The notes: generated from the sequence alone by a model not told the origin. DNA of 63,379 bases, filler included, from Nemertoderma westbladi (GCA_032718475.1; 4 parts of 4 records of this genome joined end to end with filler, not necessarily neighbours in it), one strand, 5' to 3'. Positions 35,851 to 50,689 are shown, counted from the first letter of the whole stretch. Translations and numbers: made by a program.

Positions 35851-36550
35851 TGGTTGGTACTTCCCTTCCCAGTAAAGCATTCGTGCAGAAACGAAAAGGC
35901 GACGGATTTATTGACTACGCCAAGGTGTGACTTACTCGCAAAACGTTACCCAATAATTTTAGTTCGAGCAGAAATTAAGGTCTAACAGCTGGACTACTAT
36001 CCATTGGTTCTCCAATAATTAAATAAAACCTCAAAATATCAACCATTTTATGGGAGCTAGAAATGTAGGTTAATGCTCAATGTTGGTTAATGCTCAATGC
36101 TGGTTATTTCTCAATAGCTTTAGTCATGTTTGTCTTCTTCTTATTGAATGTATCAAAAGCCCAGATTATAAGTAATGTAAGCTAATAATAATGACATTAT
36201 TGTTTAGCTATGACAACCCTATAAATGTTTTATACTATATAGCTAGATTTTACGAATGTTTTATATTAGCTAGATTTTACTGCTTTTTAAAATGTTCTAT
36301 AAAGTGTTCCACTAGCTATTAAGAAAAAATATATTGTTGTTTAAGAACAAATATTTTTCGTTCCAGAAATATTTTCCGAAAAATCATATTTGTCCACAAA
36401 CAGAAACTAATCTAAAAACTCAACAAACCTAGTTATCTACATTGTAACCTAGTAAAACAAACTAGTTAGCGAAAGAATACGTTAAGCTACTAGTATGAAT
36501 AATTAATTGTTGTAGCTAATTAGTAGTTCCTTTAGTGATTTTTAGAATAA

Positions 36551-38028
36551 CCCTATTAAACCCGAGGGGGGGGGGGTGGGGGGGGGGAGGGGGGTCAATA
36601 TGAACCCCCCGTGGTTTTTTTTTGTTATAATTCTGAAACAAACGCAGTGGGGAATCTGAAATTTTAGGACTTTTCCTAAAAATCCATTATCTTCGTAATA
36701 GTGAAAACGGTTTTCAAAAATATTGGGAAGTTTTCGGGTTATAGCACTATTTTTAACCCTACTTTTGGCACTTTTTTGAGGCGTTTTTTGAAAATTACAT
36801 TTCATGAAATATGAATTAATTGTAACATCTCTGTTTTTGATTTACACCGGTTTTTTGGTGTTTACAAATAGATGGATTCATATAAATAAATTTAGAAATT
36901 TAATTTATTTAAGAAATTTATTTTTTTTCCGGCGGGTGCCAATTTTAGTGCCAGCACCAAATTGTAAATTTTGTAAATTTATTGTTTGAACCTGTTTTTT
37001 TGCGCAATAAGGGTTTTTTGGGGTTCTGGTTCCGATGGAATATTTACGTATATACCGTATTTTACGTATTTGCGTACCAAACTTGTATTGTTCGGCGATG
37101 TGTGCAAAATTTGGTGCCAGCACAAAATTTTGAAAATCCTTTCAATAGTTCAATTGCTTGTGACAACTTATTTCTTGGGTTTTAGAGGTTTATGGCGGTT
37201 CTGAATTCAATGGAATAAATAATTATTTAACTAGACATCTCAAACTTGTATTTTTCGGAAGTGGGTACACTAAATTTTGAAAACCTTAAAATTTCGAAAT
37301 TGATTGTGTCACCTTGTTTCTTGCGTTATACGGATTTGTGAGGGTTCTGAATTCAAAGGAATAAGTAAAAATTGCATAAGAGTTTTCAAACTTTTATTTT
37401 TCGCCGGTGGGTGAAAATTGTTGTGCCCAATTGTTGTTTTGAAAATAAGCAAATTGATCAATAGATAGTATCATCTTGTTTCTTGAGTTATACGGGTTTA
37501 TGAGGGTCCTGAATGGAATCCGATGGAATCAATAAAAACCGCACTGGACATCTCAAACGTGTACTTTTTGGTGATGGGTACGAAATTTGGTGCTAGCACC
37601 AAAATTTGCCATATTACGCCGAAAAATACGATTAACAAAGATCTGGCAAATTATAAATGTATTCCATAAACACATACATAAACGTATTTCTAAAACAGCC
37701 ATCTATACTAATCAGATTATTTTTAAATATTTTCAATGGATTTTGCGCCCCAGAAAACCGTTATTGTAAAACAATTAGCCGAAAATTGGAACTTTCACCT
37801 TCAAATTTTATGAAAACTGTTCACTACTTGTAATTTTGGTGCTGCAAATTAACCACCCCAGTACTTTTTTTTTTAATTTTTTTCGGTCGGATTCAGACTA
37901 GTGAAATCTACGTACAAACAAAAAAATCAGACGTTTTCGTTAAAATTTTTATATTTTAGGGGGGGGGGGTCAATATGACCACCCCCCTCGGTATTTGTAC
38001 AACATTTTATAGCCCGGTACTAATAGGG
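36551..38028 (-). mobile_element. Non-autonomous piggyBac-like DNA transposon, copy 2 (inverted relative to copy 1)
   Basis: ATAA|CCCTATTAAACCC...GTACTAATAGGG|TTAA; collinear with 2170..3741 (compare the spurious ORFs MKCNFQK.. at 3499+ and 36805-). Confidence 0.85.
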
Positions 38029-38255
38029 TTAAATCGGAAGTTAATAGCTCGGGTAACAGTATCATCTTTGGATATAATCAGCTACACAATAACCCAATAG
38101 GAAGGAAACCCATATCAACGGTGGAGATCCATATAAATAGTTGAGTGGCATAAAATACATGTGTACGCATTTACTCACCACTGCACTACATACAAATCTA
38201 CATAAAGTATCAATCTGTATGACACCGAACTGATAACTCATTATACTGTTAATTA

Positions 38256-38910
<655 letters not shown>

Positions 38911-39115
38911 TAATAATGTAAATACAATAAATATCGCAGACAACTACAGATGAAAACAAAAATAAACTGGAACCTGCGCACTGGACTCTCGTTTATTGTT
39001 TTGGTTAGAATAACTTTCCATTGTAACCTGCTCCTTTCCCTTAACGTTTACAAAAGTCGTATACAGTACAGGTTGTCTGCTGTCCGCTACACCCTAAATA
39101 AATAGATAACCCAAC

Positions 39116-40453
39116 CTGGAAAATAAACGATATCGTTGCCTCCAATACTTCTGGGTAATGTCAACCGACTGCTGCGCATCCGATGACTCTAATTCCGACT
39201 CGGCCTCCCCAGCCAAACAATCCAGGCAATCTCTAGATATACCGGATTCTGGACCCTGATTGACTGAGCTGTGGACGTGGCTAGGCTCAGTATCAACGGC
39301 AATCTCTTGAGTTTCACTACCAGAATCATCCGTAAAATATATATGTTGATTAACAGGGGCGCAGTTAGCAGTTGCTCGATTTGCTTTAAGTTTCCGTCTA
39401 ATGTTCATAGCTTTACCACGAATTCGTTTATTACGATAAACAACTTTCGCCTTAAGAAGTCCTTCACAATTAGAATCAAATAAATGCGATTGTTGAATTC
39501 TACGCCAACCGATAGTTCGACAAGCAACGTTAAAACCTTCAGCCGTCCAATCCTCATCGAAATTTATAGGGATTTCATCCGGACTTTCATCCTCAGAAAC
39601 TATAATATCTTCATCATTTGTTTCATTACGAGATGTTGGAAGCAGAGCCTTATTATCAGTATCAAGGTTGTCGACGGAATTAGTACCATCAGCAGTGATG
39701 TCATTAACAATTCCATCATTATTTGCCTCACAAATAGAATTATAATTTACTTTAATTTGCGAAAATATTCCCTTATAAAACGCTTGTACGGCTTCTTCGT
39801 GTTGGTCCCAGTAGGTTTTGTATTCGCTGTCAGTTAGTCCGTTAAGTTCCAAATCGACTGGGGTGAATATACCGGAGCAGACTTCCTCGTAATCGTTAAG
39901 GAAACCATGGCAACTGTAGCACGATTGTCGGAACTCCATGACATGCTCTCTGGTGTCAGTAACAACATCAACGCTGTCACCACCATCATCATTGCTGGAC
40001 CTTTCTTCAGTCGGTTCACGAGCCATTCTAGAACATGTCTGATACTTCGGGAATTTATGACACCAGGAGTGCCAAACTAACTCAACACCGTATTGATCCC
40101 AATAGTATTCCCAGTATGGATCATTGGCAGCTGCAAGATCATTGTTTGTATTTAAGAAAACGTCAGTAGAAGACTTTTCTTGCTTCTCTCCAGAAACAAA
40201 TATTCTTTCATTTTTAACAAGTTTTTCCACATTATTTAAAGGATCCATGTCGTATTGAAGGGAGTCCGTTGAAAATCTATTGTGATCGCCGGTAAATGAG
40301 AGAGGCAAACCTAAAACCGCCATGTCATTACTAATAGTATCATCGTTTTTATCAATACAACTTTTGATATTGAGTTGACTAAGTTCTTGACATGGGATGG
40401 AATTCTGTGATTGGTTTAATTCATCTTCTTGGTTATTTGGTTTTATAAAATTT
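39116..40453 (-). CDS. TGS1: Trimethylguanosine synthase, exon 2
   Basis: Acceptor aaaCAG at 40454; open frame with MAVLGLPLSF, WEYYWDQYG.ELVW.SW..KFP and KYWRQRYRLFS; donor AG|GTTGG; phases match neighbours. Confidence 0.92.
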
Positions 40454-40629
40454 CTGTTTAGAAATAAATAAAATAATCAAACTATACCAGTAATTATTGA
40501 TATCCTGAGTCACACAAAAAATACTCTTCAATAAAATATTGCATATCACTCTAATCCGTGACATATTTCAAAAATATTATTAAAATAGCAAATGGAAAAA
40601 ATACCGGTAATTAATTATTTATAGCCTAG

Positions 40630-40807
40630 GGTCCACTCAGCCTTTCATCCACTGGGGTCGATGAAATGAATACCCAGTTAAATAACTGGGAGCAAATTTT
40701 GGTATAGGAGTAGCGCCCACCCTTACCCTCGGCGCCTCGGGTAGCAGCTATCGAAAGAGGAGCCTTCGGGTCGCCTCCGGCTTCGGCCGACTGTTTGCTT
40801 TTGTTTG
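40630..40807 (+). mobile_element. 5'-truncated SINE in TGS1 intron 1
   Basis: 9-bp TSD ATAGCCTAG (40621-40629, 40808-40816); body matches the reverse complement of ~50712..50870. Confidence 0.85.
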
Positions 40808-40905
40808 ATAGCCTAGAGATATGTGTTGGTTGGGTTTTCCCTTGGAAATAATCTTACCGATAACATGGCTATCATTTTTTATTTTATTGATGTTATTTTA
40901 CTTAC

Positions 40906-41075
40906 CTCGTGAATGATCTCGTTGCAAGAAGGTAACGGTATCTACTACAGTTACTGTCGACGTTCGTGTTGGCATTGTAATACTCCGAGATATCACCAGA
41001 AATACTATCAGTATTATCAATCAAATATAATTCTGCAACTTCAACATATTTGGATTTACCGTAAACTTTTGCCAT
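40906..41075 (-). CDS. TGS1: Trimethylguanosine synthase, probable first coding exon
   Basis: ATG at 41075: MAKVYGKSKYVEVAELYLI..RYLLATRSFT then AG|GTAAG; resembles the TGS1 N-terminal VAE.FL..LCSRAF pattern; phase 2 joins exon 2 in frame. Confidence 0.8.
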
Positions 41076-42281
41076 TTACATTTACCAATTAATACAATCA
41101 GACAATGGCAGTGCGTGCGTTTGTACGGTATTAATAGTTGTCGAGGTAGTGTACTATATTCTGTCAATCTGTATCCCATATCCTGCCAATGCTGGTGTCG
41201 TACGACGGTACGTACCGTTAAGGTCCTTTCATTCTGATAACCAATGGATGCAATAATCATAATTATAACATCAATTATATTTATTGCTCAACCCTAATTA
41301 CGCCATGTAAACTTACTTAGCCAACTTAAACTTAGCCTCACCCAACCAAGGCGTAGGGGGGCCTACTACCTGACTACAGTATATACATATAGTACGCCTT
41401 GCACCCAACCCAAATGAAAAACATTATGTACCGGTATATGTAAGATGTAACCAAACCATAAATTACCATAACCCCCAGCCAGTTGCCACTGCTGCACTGC
41501 CCTGACGCTGACATAAAGCAATACCGGTAACTGTGGGTGGGCCAATCCAATAGCCGAGCCCGAGACCTACGAAATTTAGTGTAATTATAGGTAGGCCTAT
41601 CGTCAGATCGTTATAATATTATAGACCGCTCCGCCCGTTACGTGACCTGTGGCCATGTTAACCGGCTGACCAGTTATCTCTTAACCAGAAGTCATAACCA
41701 AAATAATAAACCAAATACCGGTACTACAGCAGAATCCAGACATGGACAGATTCCATGACTCGTCCATGCATATTACCGGTACAGGATTAATGTTTTACCG
41801 TACATCCGTACAATCTGACAATACTGCAGTAGGAGTAGGCCTATAAGCAAATGTTTTACTCTATTCCAAAATTCATTCCGGTAACCACTGAAAGTAATGA
41901 TCCTCATCTTCAAACACTAACATTAGATCCGAGCAATGCGCTGAATTATCATTACAGCATTTATGCTTAATAATAAATAAGACACTCCAGCACTCAGAAA
42001 GTATGCAGTACAGTAGGACTACCTCTGTTGCTTGGATCTAATCATTTGGAAGAGACCGCAGAACATTCATCTACTTATAGGCCTAGTCAGATAGCAGTAC
42101 AGCAGTACAGGTACAGCATACAGTCAAAAGCTCCATTATTCTGATATTCTGATATTACCCTACCGGTATACAGGTATATAACTGTATGACACTGTCTTTG
42201 TCAGTTTGTGTCTGAAGTCTGACTGTTGTTGGTTAGCTGATCACAATATTTAAATTTCCCTCCAAAATTGCAGTTAATTGC

Positions 42282-42755
42282 CTATAGTGTTTAGCGGCAC
42301 ACAGGTTCAAATCCAACTAAAGGCTGTAGAAATTTCGCACTGTTGTGTCCCTAGGCAAGACACTTTAGATAAATAGTGCTTACGGCCCAACCCAGCGGTA
42401 TAATGGGTTGGGTGAATTCTTAACACCGCGAGTATTCGTAGCCCGCGGGTATTCTTAGCCCGCGAGTATTCTTAGCCCGCGAGTTAGTAAAGGAGCAGGT
42501 TGCAGAGGTGTATTGGGGAAACCAAAACAATAAACGTTATTGCTTTGCGGGCTAAGAATACCCACGGGCTAAGAATACTCGCGTGCTAAGAATACTCGCG
42601 GGCTAAGAATACTCGCGGGCTAAGAATTCAGGAGACCGTATAATGGGAACCTGGCTTTGCTGGGGAAAAATAATGCAGACGCTCTGATAAGACTGTATGG
42701 TCCCTAAGAGCGCCTGCAGTAACAAAATATAAATGTTAAATTTATTTATTTATTG
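42282..42755 (+). mobile_element. tRNA-derived SINE with CORE-like central domain, interrupted by a foldback element
   Basis: Box B ggttcaaatcc; gttgtgtccctaggcaagacacttt; cccagcggtataatggg|aacctgg; (ttta)n tail. A related fragment lies at ~7513-7542 (minus). Confidence 0.7.
42406..42637. mobile_element. Foldback MITE with arms of tandem 17-mers and an 8-bp TSD (possibly Merlin-like)
   Basis: TSD GTATAATG (42398-42405, 42638-42645); termini GGT....TGAATTCTTA / TAAGAATTCA....ACC; (gagtattcttagcccgc)n against (gcgggctaagaatactc)n. Confidence 0.8.
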
Positions 42756-42864
42756 TAGATTTATTATTTGAATTATCGATTCCCAGATGATAATTTCGAA
42801 CCATCCTCCTGGTCATTCGGACCTTCGTCGTGGGAAAACTAATGTTTGTTGCCTTTGGCTGCTA

Positions 42865-42964
42865 NNNNNNNNNNNNNNNNNNNNNNNNNNNNNNNNNNNN
42901 NNNNNNNNTTAATTAATTAANNNNNNNNNNNNNNNNNNNNNNNNNNNNNNNNNNNNNNNNNNNN
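42865..42964. other. Assembly spacer (44 N + TTAATTAATTAA + 44 N)
   Basis: Same structure as 22860..22959. Confidence 0.97.
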
Positions 42965-43079
42965 ACTCAGCCACAGTCAAATCAGCATACATGCTGCATA
43001 GCAGATTGCGGTATTCTCAACAAGAATTCAAGAACCACGGTTGCTATGCAACGCCTAATAATTTTGATTATGGCTGAGT
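42965..43079. repeat. ~115-nt imperfect palindrome
   Basis: actcagccacagtcaaat pairs with atttgattatggctgagt; inner tgcatagca pairs with tgctatgca. Confidence 0.7.
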
Positions 43080-45234
43080 GTTGTCCTTTGACTGTTGACT
43101 GGACTTTTAGCTGTTGTCATAGACGCTTGACTGCTTTTCTGCGCTTTTCCAACGACATGCAGAGGTGAAACTTGGCAGTATTAAATATATAACTGTAATG
43201 TACTGTTGTCACATTATTGATGGTTATTTGTCACCATGGAGGAATTTTGCCACAAATTCAACATCGTATCCCCCGGATACTGAATTAAATATTTCACCAG
43301 AGATTCAGTCGGACTGATTTGGGTTGGCATTGTACTATTTGTTTTTAATTGTTGTTACACCTTTTATGTGTGACAACCATGATGATGTGATGAGTGTTTG
43401 CAGTTTATTACTGAAATGCCATTTATAACGTTAATGTAATTTAGGAAAATAAAGTTGCCTTTCCTTTTTGTATTTTGACCAAGTAACAGTGGGATTTATT
43501 ACTGGTTATTGACAAAAACGCGCTTGAAGAAAAATGAATGCATATGAGGGAGATTTTTGTATCGAAGAATGTGATAAAAATTAATGATATGATATTTGCA
43601 GTATGCAACCAAATCGTCATTCAACCAATTACTACTTCTATTTTATTATTACCGTTGCTAAGATACAATAATGGTTTTTGCTGAGAGCGCTGCACATATA
43701 CTTACATACCTACCCTACATAGCACGCTGTTAGATATAATAAATATATTAGAGACAATGATTATGATATTTCATCAGTTGAATATGAATAGGTAAGCTCA
43801 AAGAAATTAGCCGTTGAAATGTATAATTGGCTGCATTATCACAATCAGCTACATTCAATAGAAAAATGGGATTAATTAGAATTACATCCTATTTGTATGT
43901 GAATTAAGTTATTGACAGTATATTAAACACCACCTAACCCATTCTATGTGACAACCTGAAATTGCAATCACTATATGCCAACAATTTGCCCTTGGATATG
44001 CCTACAATAAATGTAGCTAGCTGATAACAACAGCCTTGAAATTCTAATCACCACTTGTCACAGATTTCCCTGATAAAAATAACCGCTTTAATGTAGATTT
44101 CTGACTCACTGTTGTCATCAAAGTCTTCATGTTACTCTTGTTAGGACGCTTAGAAATATATACTTCCATTTTCTTTTAATCTACAATACGTAATTCTGTT
44201 ATTTAACCTGAGTTTTCCTCTTCACATTCATAATACATATACATATATATTGTAATGGGTGCTTATGGCAAAACCCCGCAAGAGCATTTATATGAGCCTA
44301 CGTTTCTGACCCTTAAAAAAACCCTTAAACCATTCGTTTTATAATGAAAAGCCATCACTCATTAATAATAGCATTTACAAATCAACTTTAAAATTTTATA
44401 ATACCAATTCTATATTTATTCATTTTAAATAGCAAAAATACTTTTATTCATAAATTGAAACATTTCTTTCCTCTGTCATTTTCAACAGCGCCAAACACGT
44501 TTAACTTTTATGTTCGAACACACTTTATCGTATGCTCACATATACTGTACTTCTAAACATTAAATATGTCTTCTACTATACTTCTGAACATTAAATACGT
44601 CTTCTACTATACTTATTTAAATATGTTTTCTACTACATTCTGGACATTAAATAATTAAACTATTTCTGAACATTAAATGTCTTTGATCTATCAACGTTTT
44701 TTTTATCACCATGGTGATGGGATAATAATGTATCCTAACATAAGTAATGTAACCTAACTAATGTATCCTATTGTAACATCTGACAATGGCTTAGATTGTA
44801 TCAACATTACATAAATATATACTAGTTATCTTTATAATAATAGTAATAAACTTTCTCTTGCAATGCGTTGGTTCTTTGATATTTTGAGTATCACACATTT
44901 TGAATAATACATTTGACTATCATAATGTTTTGTGTTGGACTTACAAACAATGAATTTGTAGAGGAAACACAGATGAACAAGCCGTGACAACATCATCTAA
45001 GTAAAATTGACAAATTTATAAATATAATTTAATTCTACCTACTGTACTTGCACGACTTATAGCTAAATAGCAGAAACAAACAAAAGCATACATTTCGACT
45101 TGTTTGTATATGTTCACTCATGACTGATAATTATATAACATTGGCAACAAAAATGTCATATAACATTGGCAACAAAAATGTCACTGTATTTAAATTTACA
45201 TTTAAATATTTAACTATTATTTTCATATTTATAG

Positions 45235-45432
45235 AAAGGGAATACATGTTTACATTTGTGTGCCATGCAAGGTAATTTACCTCTGCTGAGAAATCTAATT
45301 GGACGAGGGGCAAACGTTAATTTGATTAATCGATATGGAAATACAGCGCTTCATATCGCTGCTCATGTAGGACATCTCGATGTTTGCAAGGCTCTTGTGG
45401 AATCCAACGCCGACACAAGAGCTGCCAACCAG
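45235..45432 (+). CDS. ANKDD1: Ankyrin repeat and death domain protein (ANKDD1-type), internal exon with two ankyrin repeats
   Basis: ttatAG|KGNTCLHLCAMQGN..GANVN..YGNTALHIAAHVGH..ADTRAANQ|GT; 198 nt = 2 x 33 codons, phase 0/0. Upstream exons not found. Confidence 0.85.
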
Positions 45433-46672
45433 GTGTGTGAAATAAGTTGTCAACTGCGTAGTTAAAATACAAAATATGCTTGAGTGTTGCAGCAGAATAC
45501 CTGTCCAAATGAGAGGGAATTCTGACACAAGACAGGTAAATGATATTGGTTTTCAGTTACACCCAGTTTCGAGTAGCGTAGTAAGCTAACAATAATGGAA
45601 TGCGCATAGCACTCATAGCTCATAGCAAAAACTTATTTTCCAAGACTTAATCACTTCTCGGGTCGGTTATTTTACATTATCGGTTCATTAATGGCCATGA
45701 CTTGAAGTGGTGAAGGTCGGCATCACACAGCACGTGCCGACATCTGAATGACGTTCAGTATCTTCCAATTTTATTAAAGCTAAACAACTCCTATTATAAT
45801 TTATTATAACTGTAAGCTATTTTGTTGATCTCAAGGCTTAACATTTAATGTGTTACCTATTAATTGTAGGTGTTACCTATCCCTAGAGGAAGAGTGTTGG
45901 GTTTGGTAACACTGCTAATTGCAAAGTAGTCATTTCACTGAATTACAACCGATAAATTATTGTTTGGAATTGAAATCAGACATAAAGAAATAATTGTTGG
46001 TTATTGTTTACGTTTATTTCAGGAAGATATTTATCCAAAACTCAATTTTTTGCATACCAAATTTAATACCCCCACCACCAAAAAAACCAAAAAAAAAATT
46101 TACCAAAAAAAATTTCGTCCCAGATTAAACCTAACCTAATGTGACTTACTTTAATAATTTCATTAGATAATTCCAAAATAATAATATTGTACACATCTCG
46201 AGAATAGTACATTCCTCACCAATAACGCTCGCATTAATATTGATCTCAATAAAGGGGGTAAAGTGGTCACGAAAAGGGCCTCGAATCTCGTCGCTTGGCG
46301 TTAAAAAGGAGTTAACTCGTTAAATTGAGGACAAAATCGCATTTATTCACAACAAATGAGCCACTTCAAACCGTTTAAAAGAAGTTCAATAACTATAACT
46401 TTTACTAAATATTTATTTAAGCTCTCTAAACGGAGTCGTTTTAAAGGAGCTAACTCGTTGCTATGAAATTGTAATAAAAATCATAACTGTAGTTGATCGA
46501 GAAGCAACATTTACCTACTTTTAATCCAATGTGACGAAATATAAGCTAAACATCAAATAATAATGGATATTAATTAATTGTCTTGGATATAAACACTGTC
46601 ACTGAAACCTGCTCCTTTCCCCTGGTAAATTAAATAAACGTAAACAATTAACAATCTTCTTTAAATACACTT

Positions 46673-46864
46673 TATTTTTGTGACCAATCACACTTCTTTT
46701 TGTGACCAAACACACTTCTTTTTGTGACCAATCGCACTTCTTTTTGTGACCAATCGCACTTCTTTTTGTGACCAATCGCACTTCTTTTTGTGACCAATCG
46801 CACTTCTTTTTGTGACCAATCGCACTTCTTTTTGTGACCAATCACACTTCTTTTTTATACCAAA
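46673..46864. repeat. 22-bp tandem minisatellite (ttctttttgtgaccaatcgcac), about nine copies
   Basis: Head-to-tail, near-identical units with no spacers. Confidence 0.95.
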
Positions 46865-47457
46865 TACGAAAGTGGAATGTGTTTCGAAGAGGAAATATTA
46901 TTGAAAATAGTTATTTATTATGTTAGATAATGCTAATTGGTGGTACATTACCGGTATACTATATAATATATTTTAGTTCATGTTATGAGTTTCAATTTAT
47001 AGAAAAATATATAGTTTTTACGACACTGCATAACTAATGCCTTTTTTGTCTTCGATGCCTGCCTATCACGTTTTTGTGTCATCTCAAATGGAATATATTT
47101 TACAATTTATGAGAACGTAGCTAGTTTCAATCCTATCGCCAACCCAATAACTTGCTTCATTCTTCAGTTTGGATGGACAGGTGCATAATCAATATCTCTA
47201 TGTCGTCAACATTTCCACACAATATACAGGAAGCCGCTGATGGGCCTTGCAATCATAAAATATTTCCCATTGGACTTCTTGTTTATTTATAAACTTATCC
47301 ACAGAATTATGGAATTTTTACTGGAATATTATAGATAAATTTTTCAGTATACTTTTCAGTGAGGGATCAGAGATATTGCAAGAAACGTTTTGTAATTTTA
47401 ACCATCATTGCTACATTAGAAAATATTATTTTGGTTGATTTTCAATTCTTTTAACAG

Positions 47458-47658
47458 ATGAAAGAACAGCCCTTACATCTCGCTATAGAAGCTGGTCATG
47501 TCGCAGTAGCAGAACTCCTCCTATTGGCTGATTCGGACCTGGAGATGTTAACCAGTCGAGGTCACACACCGCTAGAACTGGCCGCTGTAGGAGATTGTGT
47601 CACACTTGTCGATATGATTATAAAATCGTCAAGGCAACGCAGAAGACGACGAAGAAGT
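47458..47658 (+). CDS. ANKDD1: ANKDD1-type exon (last ankyrin repeats)
   Basis: aaCAG|MKEQPLHLAIEAGH..GHTPLELA..VTLVDMIIK..|GTTAGT; donor inferred from phase. Confidence 0.8.
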
Positions 47659-47814
47659 GTTAGTAAACATCAAGTAGATGTTATTATATTCCCAATTCGT
47701 AAATTGTATTTTCCTGAACAATCCATTTATTCTAAAAAGATATACATTTTATGTCACTTTCTGTCTTACTTTATGTCACTGTCTTACTTTCAATATACAA
47801 TTAATTTCCTATAG

Positions 47815-48028
47815 CAATCACAGGAGAGCCAAAGCGACACAATGACATCGGAAGATGCAATAATTTCAATCAGGAATTCCCCTTCAAGGCCTGAAGAAAA
47901 CCAACTGAAAGAAGGTTTCTGGCAATTAACTCATAAAAAGCTGAATAATAATAAAGATTGGAAACTCTTAGGATGTCATTGGAATTTCTCTACAGAACAG
48001 ATTCGAGCCATTTCTAGACAACACGCAG
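47815..48028 (+). CDS. ANKDD1: ANKDD1-type exon (start of death domain)
   Basis: ctatAG|QSQE..FWQLTHKKL..DWKLLGCHWNFSTEQIRAI..HA G|GT. Confidence 0.85.
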
Positions 48029-48399
48029 GTACGATTTAATTACTATAATTAATTACTATAATTAATTAGAGTCAATTAATTAGACTCCGAAGTTTCACGA
48101 TATATAATAAACTCACATTAATCGAAAGTGTAAAGGTTTGTCATTTGGTAAGTAATATTATAGTAAGATTTCCACAAGAAACTTATCAAGATTCTATTAA
48201 AATACTGATTTCCAAATTTGTTGAGAAGCTGATACGATGCCATGTCAATCACTGATCCAGATCGCGATAAATAAATTAATTTAATTCAGTAATATAAATT
48301 TCAATTGATTCTGGGTGGTGTTTCCTCTGGATTGATGCCCCAATTTACATACAATAATGTAAATAAAAGTTACTATGAATGTTTAAACGGATATTGCAG

Positions 48400-48528
48400 G
48401 AAGAAACACTAACATTCAACATTGCTACCGACTTCTAATGATATGGTTGCATGGATTGGCGTTAACGGAGAGTCCAGTGAGGTGTTTGTACGAAGCCTTG
48501 ATCGCAGTAGGCCGAACTGATGCAGTAG
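48400..48528 (+). CDS. ANKDD1: ANKDD1-type exon (end of death domain; not in the ORF track). Terminal exon uncertain.
   Basis: ttGCAG|..QHCYRLLMIWLHG..ESPVRCLYEALIAVGRTDAV|GT matches the ANKDD1 pattern H..R.L.IWLHG..P...L.E.L.A.GR.D. Confidence 0.85.
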
Positions 48529-50689
48529 GTACGTCTCCTTTGGGACTCGTAAAATTGCTTTTCCATCTCATTTTATATGCGCCACTAATGTAAGTAATAT
48601 ACTCTCAAAGCTCATTGCATTGCATCTTGTTCATCTATCAATCCCGGAAATTATTAACGTTCAGCTTGGTTTAATATGAAGCGCTGGGAAAACAGTCTGT
48701 TGTGGTATTTCGATTCCGATTTAAGGGGGGGTGAGGAGGGGGGGTGGGGGGGTACTGGTTTGGAAGTCATACGTTTTGAAATGCGCTGCACCAAAAAGCG
48801 AATAAGCAGAAAAAAAAGTTCAAGATACATTTAAAGTGGATTATATTGAATTGTAATATTTAAAAATAAATTCATTTTTGACAACCTATAGCGGCCAGAG
48901 CCAAAATTTACATGTTTGACTTAAATAGCCATCTCCTTTTTTAAGCTTTATTTTCAGAAGTTGTAACCTGTTTCTTTGGAATCAGCATAGCCAAATACGT
49001 GAAAAAATTCGCGCCGAATTTTTGTTCCGTACTTTTCAATGAATATACCGCTATTTTTCAAATTAATTTTTAAATTTTCAAAAAACACTGTTTTTTTGTA
49101 AAAAATGTTATTATGATGAACAATGCAAAACTAAAAAAACGACTCGAATTTTATTATTGCGCACACTACTAGCTTTAATTTGATACCAAGACAAATTGGT
49201 TGAGTAATGGCGGAGGAGATATGTTTTAAAAATGAAAAAATACCATTCTGAGATAATTGCCTTTAAAGTTGAACTGGATTCTTATTAAATTCGTAGCATA
49301 GAATAAAGAATTTAGTACGGATTAGACTAAAATAGTTGAGGGTAATGCAAAATGACTAAAATGCTTATAATAATGATAATAATATTCAAGTAGAACTATA
49401 GCAATTAAACAATGCAGTACAATAATAAGTGACTCATTGAAATATAAAAAAATTCAGTGCACTAATAAGAGACTCATTGAAATCTAGCTAATTACCCCAC
49501 CCCCGGTACCGGTAGCTGTAGGCCTACCAGTTTGAGAACTTTTTTAGACAGTTTGAAAGTTCTGAAGTTAGAAGGTTTTACAGCAATAATTCGTTTGAGG
49601 GAGTATTTAAGTACCAGTAGTCTAAGGACAAGAGTGGTGCCCCTAAATAAGGCTCTTAAATCAAAGTAATTTTTAGCAAACCGAAAAGTCAGAAAATGTT
49701 GGTTAGGCCTACTGGTACACCACAATAATAAATCAATAATTAACCAGTCTAATGATCAAGCTGTCAGCCAAATACTGAACACCGAACAGTAACTAAACTA
49801 AAAAAAAACAACTGGTGGTGACTTTGGTGAGGCGTACAGGTTTCTGGGCTACTTCTACTTCAGCACATAGTGCTTAGGGCTTAGTACCGGTAGCTAATAC
49901 TGCAGTACTGCGCTGCAGTGAAATGGCAGTAGGCCTACAACTAGACACCAATAGGCTACTGGCAGACTGTAATGATTACATTGAAATGCCAAATATCACT
50001 AGCAAGCAAATGCCAAAAGTCCCAACCTGGGGAACTTTGATAAATATGAAAAATAAATATACAAGATTATTCTAAAGACATCTGTCAACTTTAACATAAT
50101 CCCAAATAGTTGACGATCATTTTCATATATCCAAAAGTACCAGTGATGGTACTTATGAAAGGGGGTTTCCTGAATACAAAAAATAAAAAATAATCATTTT
50201 GATTGGAAATTTACAAAATGTTATCCAGAGAATCGCCAGTTGCATTAAATTTAATAATTTTTTCAGTTTCCATATTCAAATATAGTATGATAGGTTGAGT
50301 AAAAAAGTTGTTGCAATCCACATTCAGGAAGCCACTCAAAAGGCAGGCATGCCAAATCTCCCCACGTGCCAAATCGCCCAGGTCTCCCCTACATCAGTAC
50401 TGCTGTACAACTCAACCGTACAACCTAAGATACACTATTATACACTACACAATGCAATTCTGACTGGTTACCGGTACGTAGGCCCCAAGGCGTAAAACAC
50501 CCGACCAATCAGAAAACAATATACAGTAACACCTACGTGTAGTTCAAAATACTACAAATTGTAACGTCACAGTACTACAGTATGACAGAATTTGTATAAA
50601 AATAATAATTACGATGAGTAATCCCTATACACTAGAGTTTCATTAAGTAACAAACCAAATACGATATTAATAACACCAATTACAAAAAA

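Noticed and set aside
41100-41760. Bidirectional TGS1/ANKDD1 promoter
   Set aside because: CCAAT- and GC-box-like words are present, but ANKDD1's first exon is unidentified and a spacer intervenes.
46673-46864. 22-bp array as a CRISPR
   Set aside because: No unique spacers, no cas genes, eukaryotic intron context.
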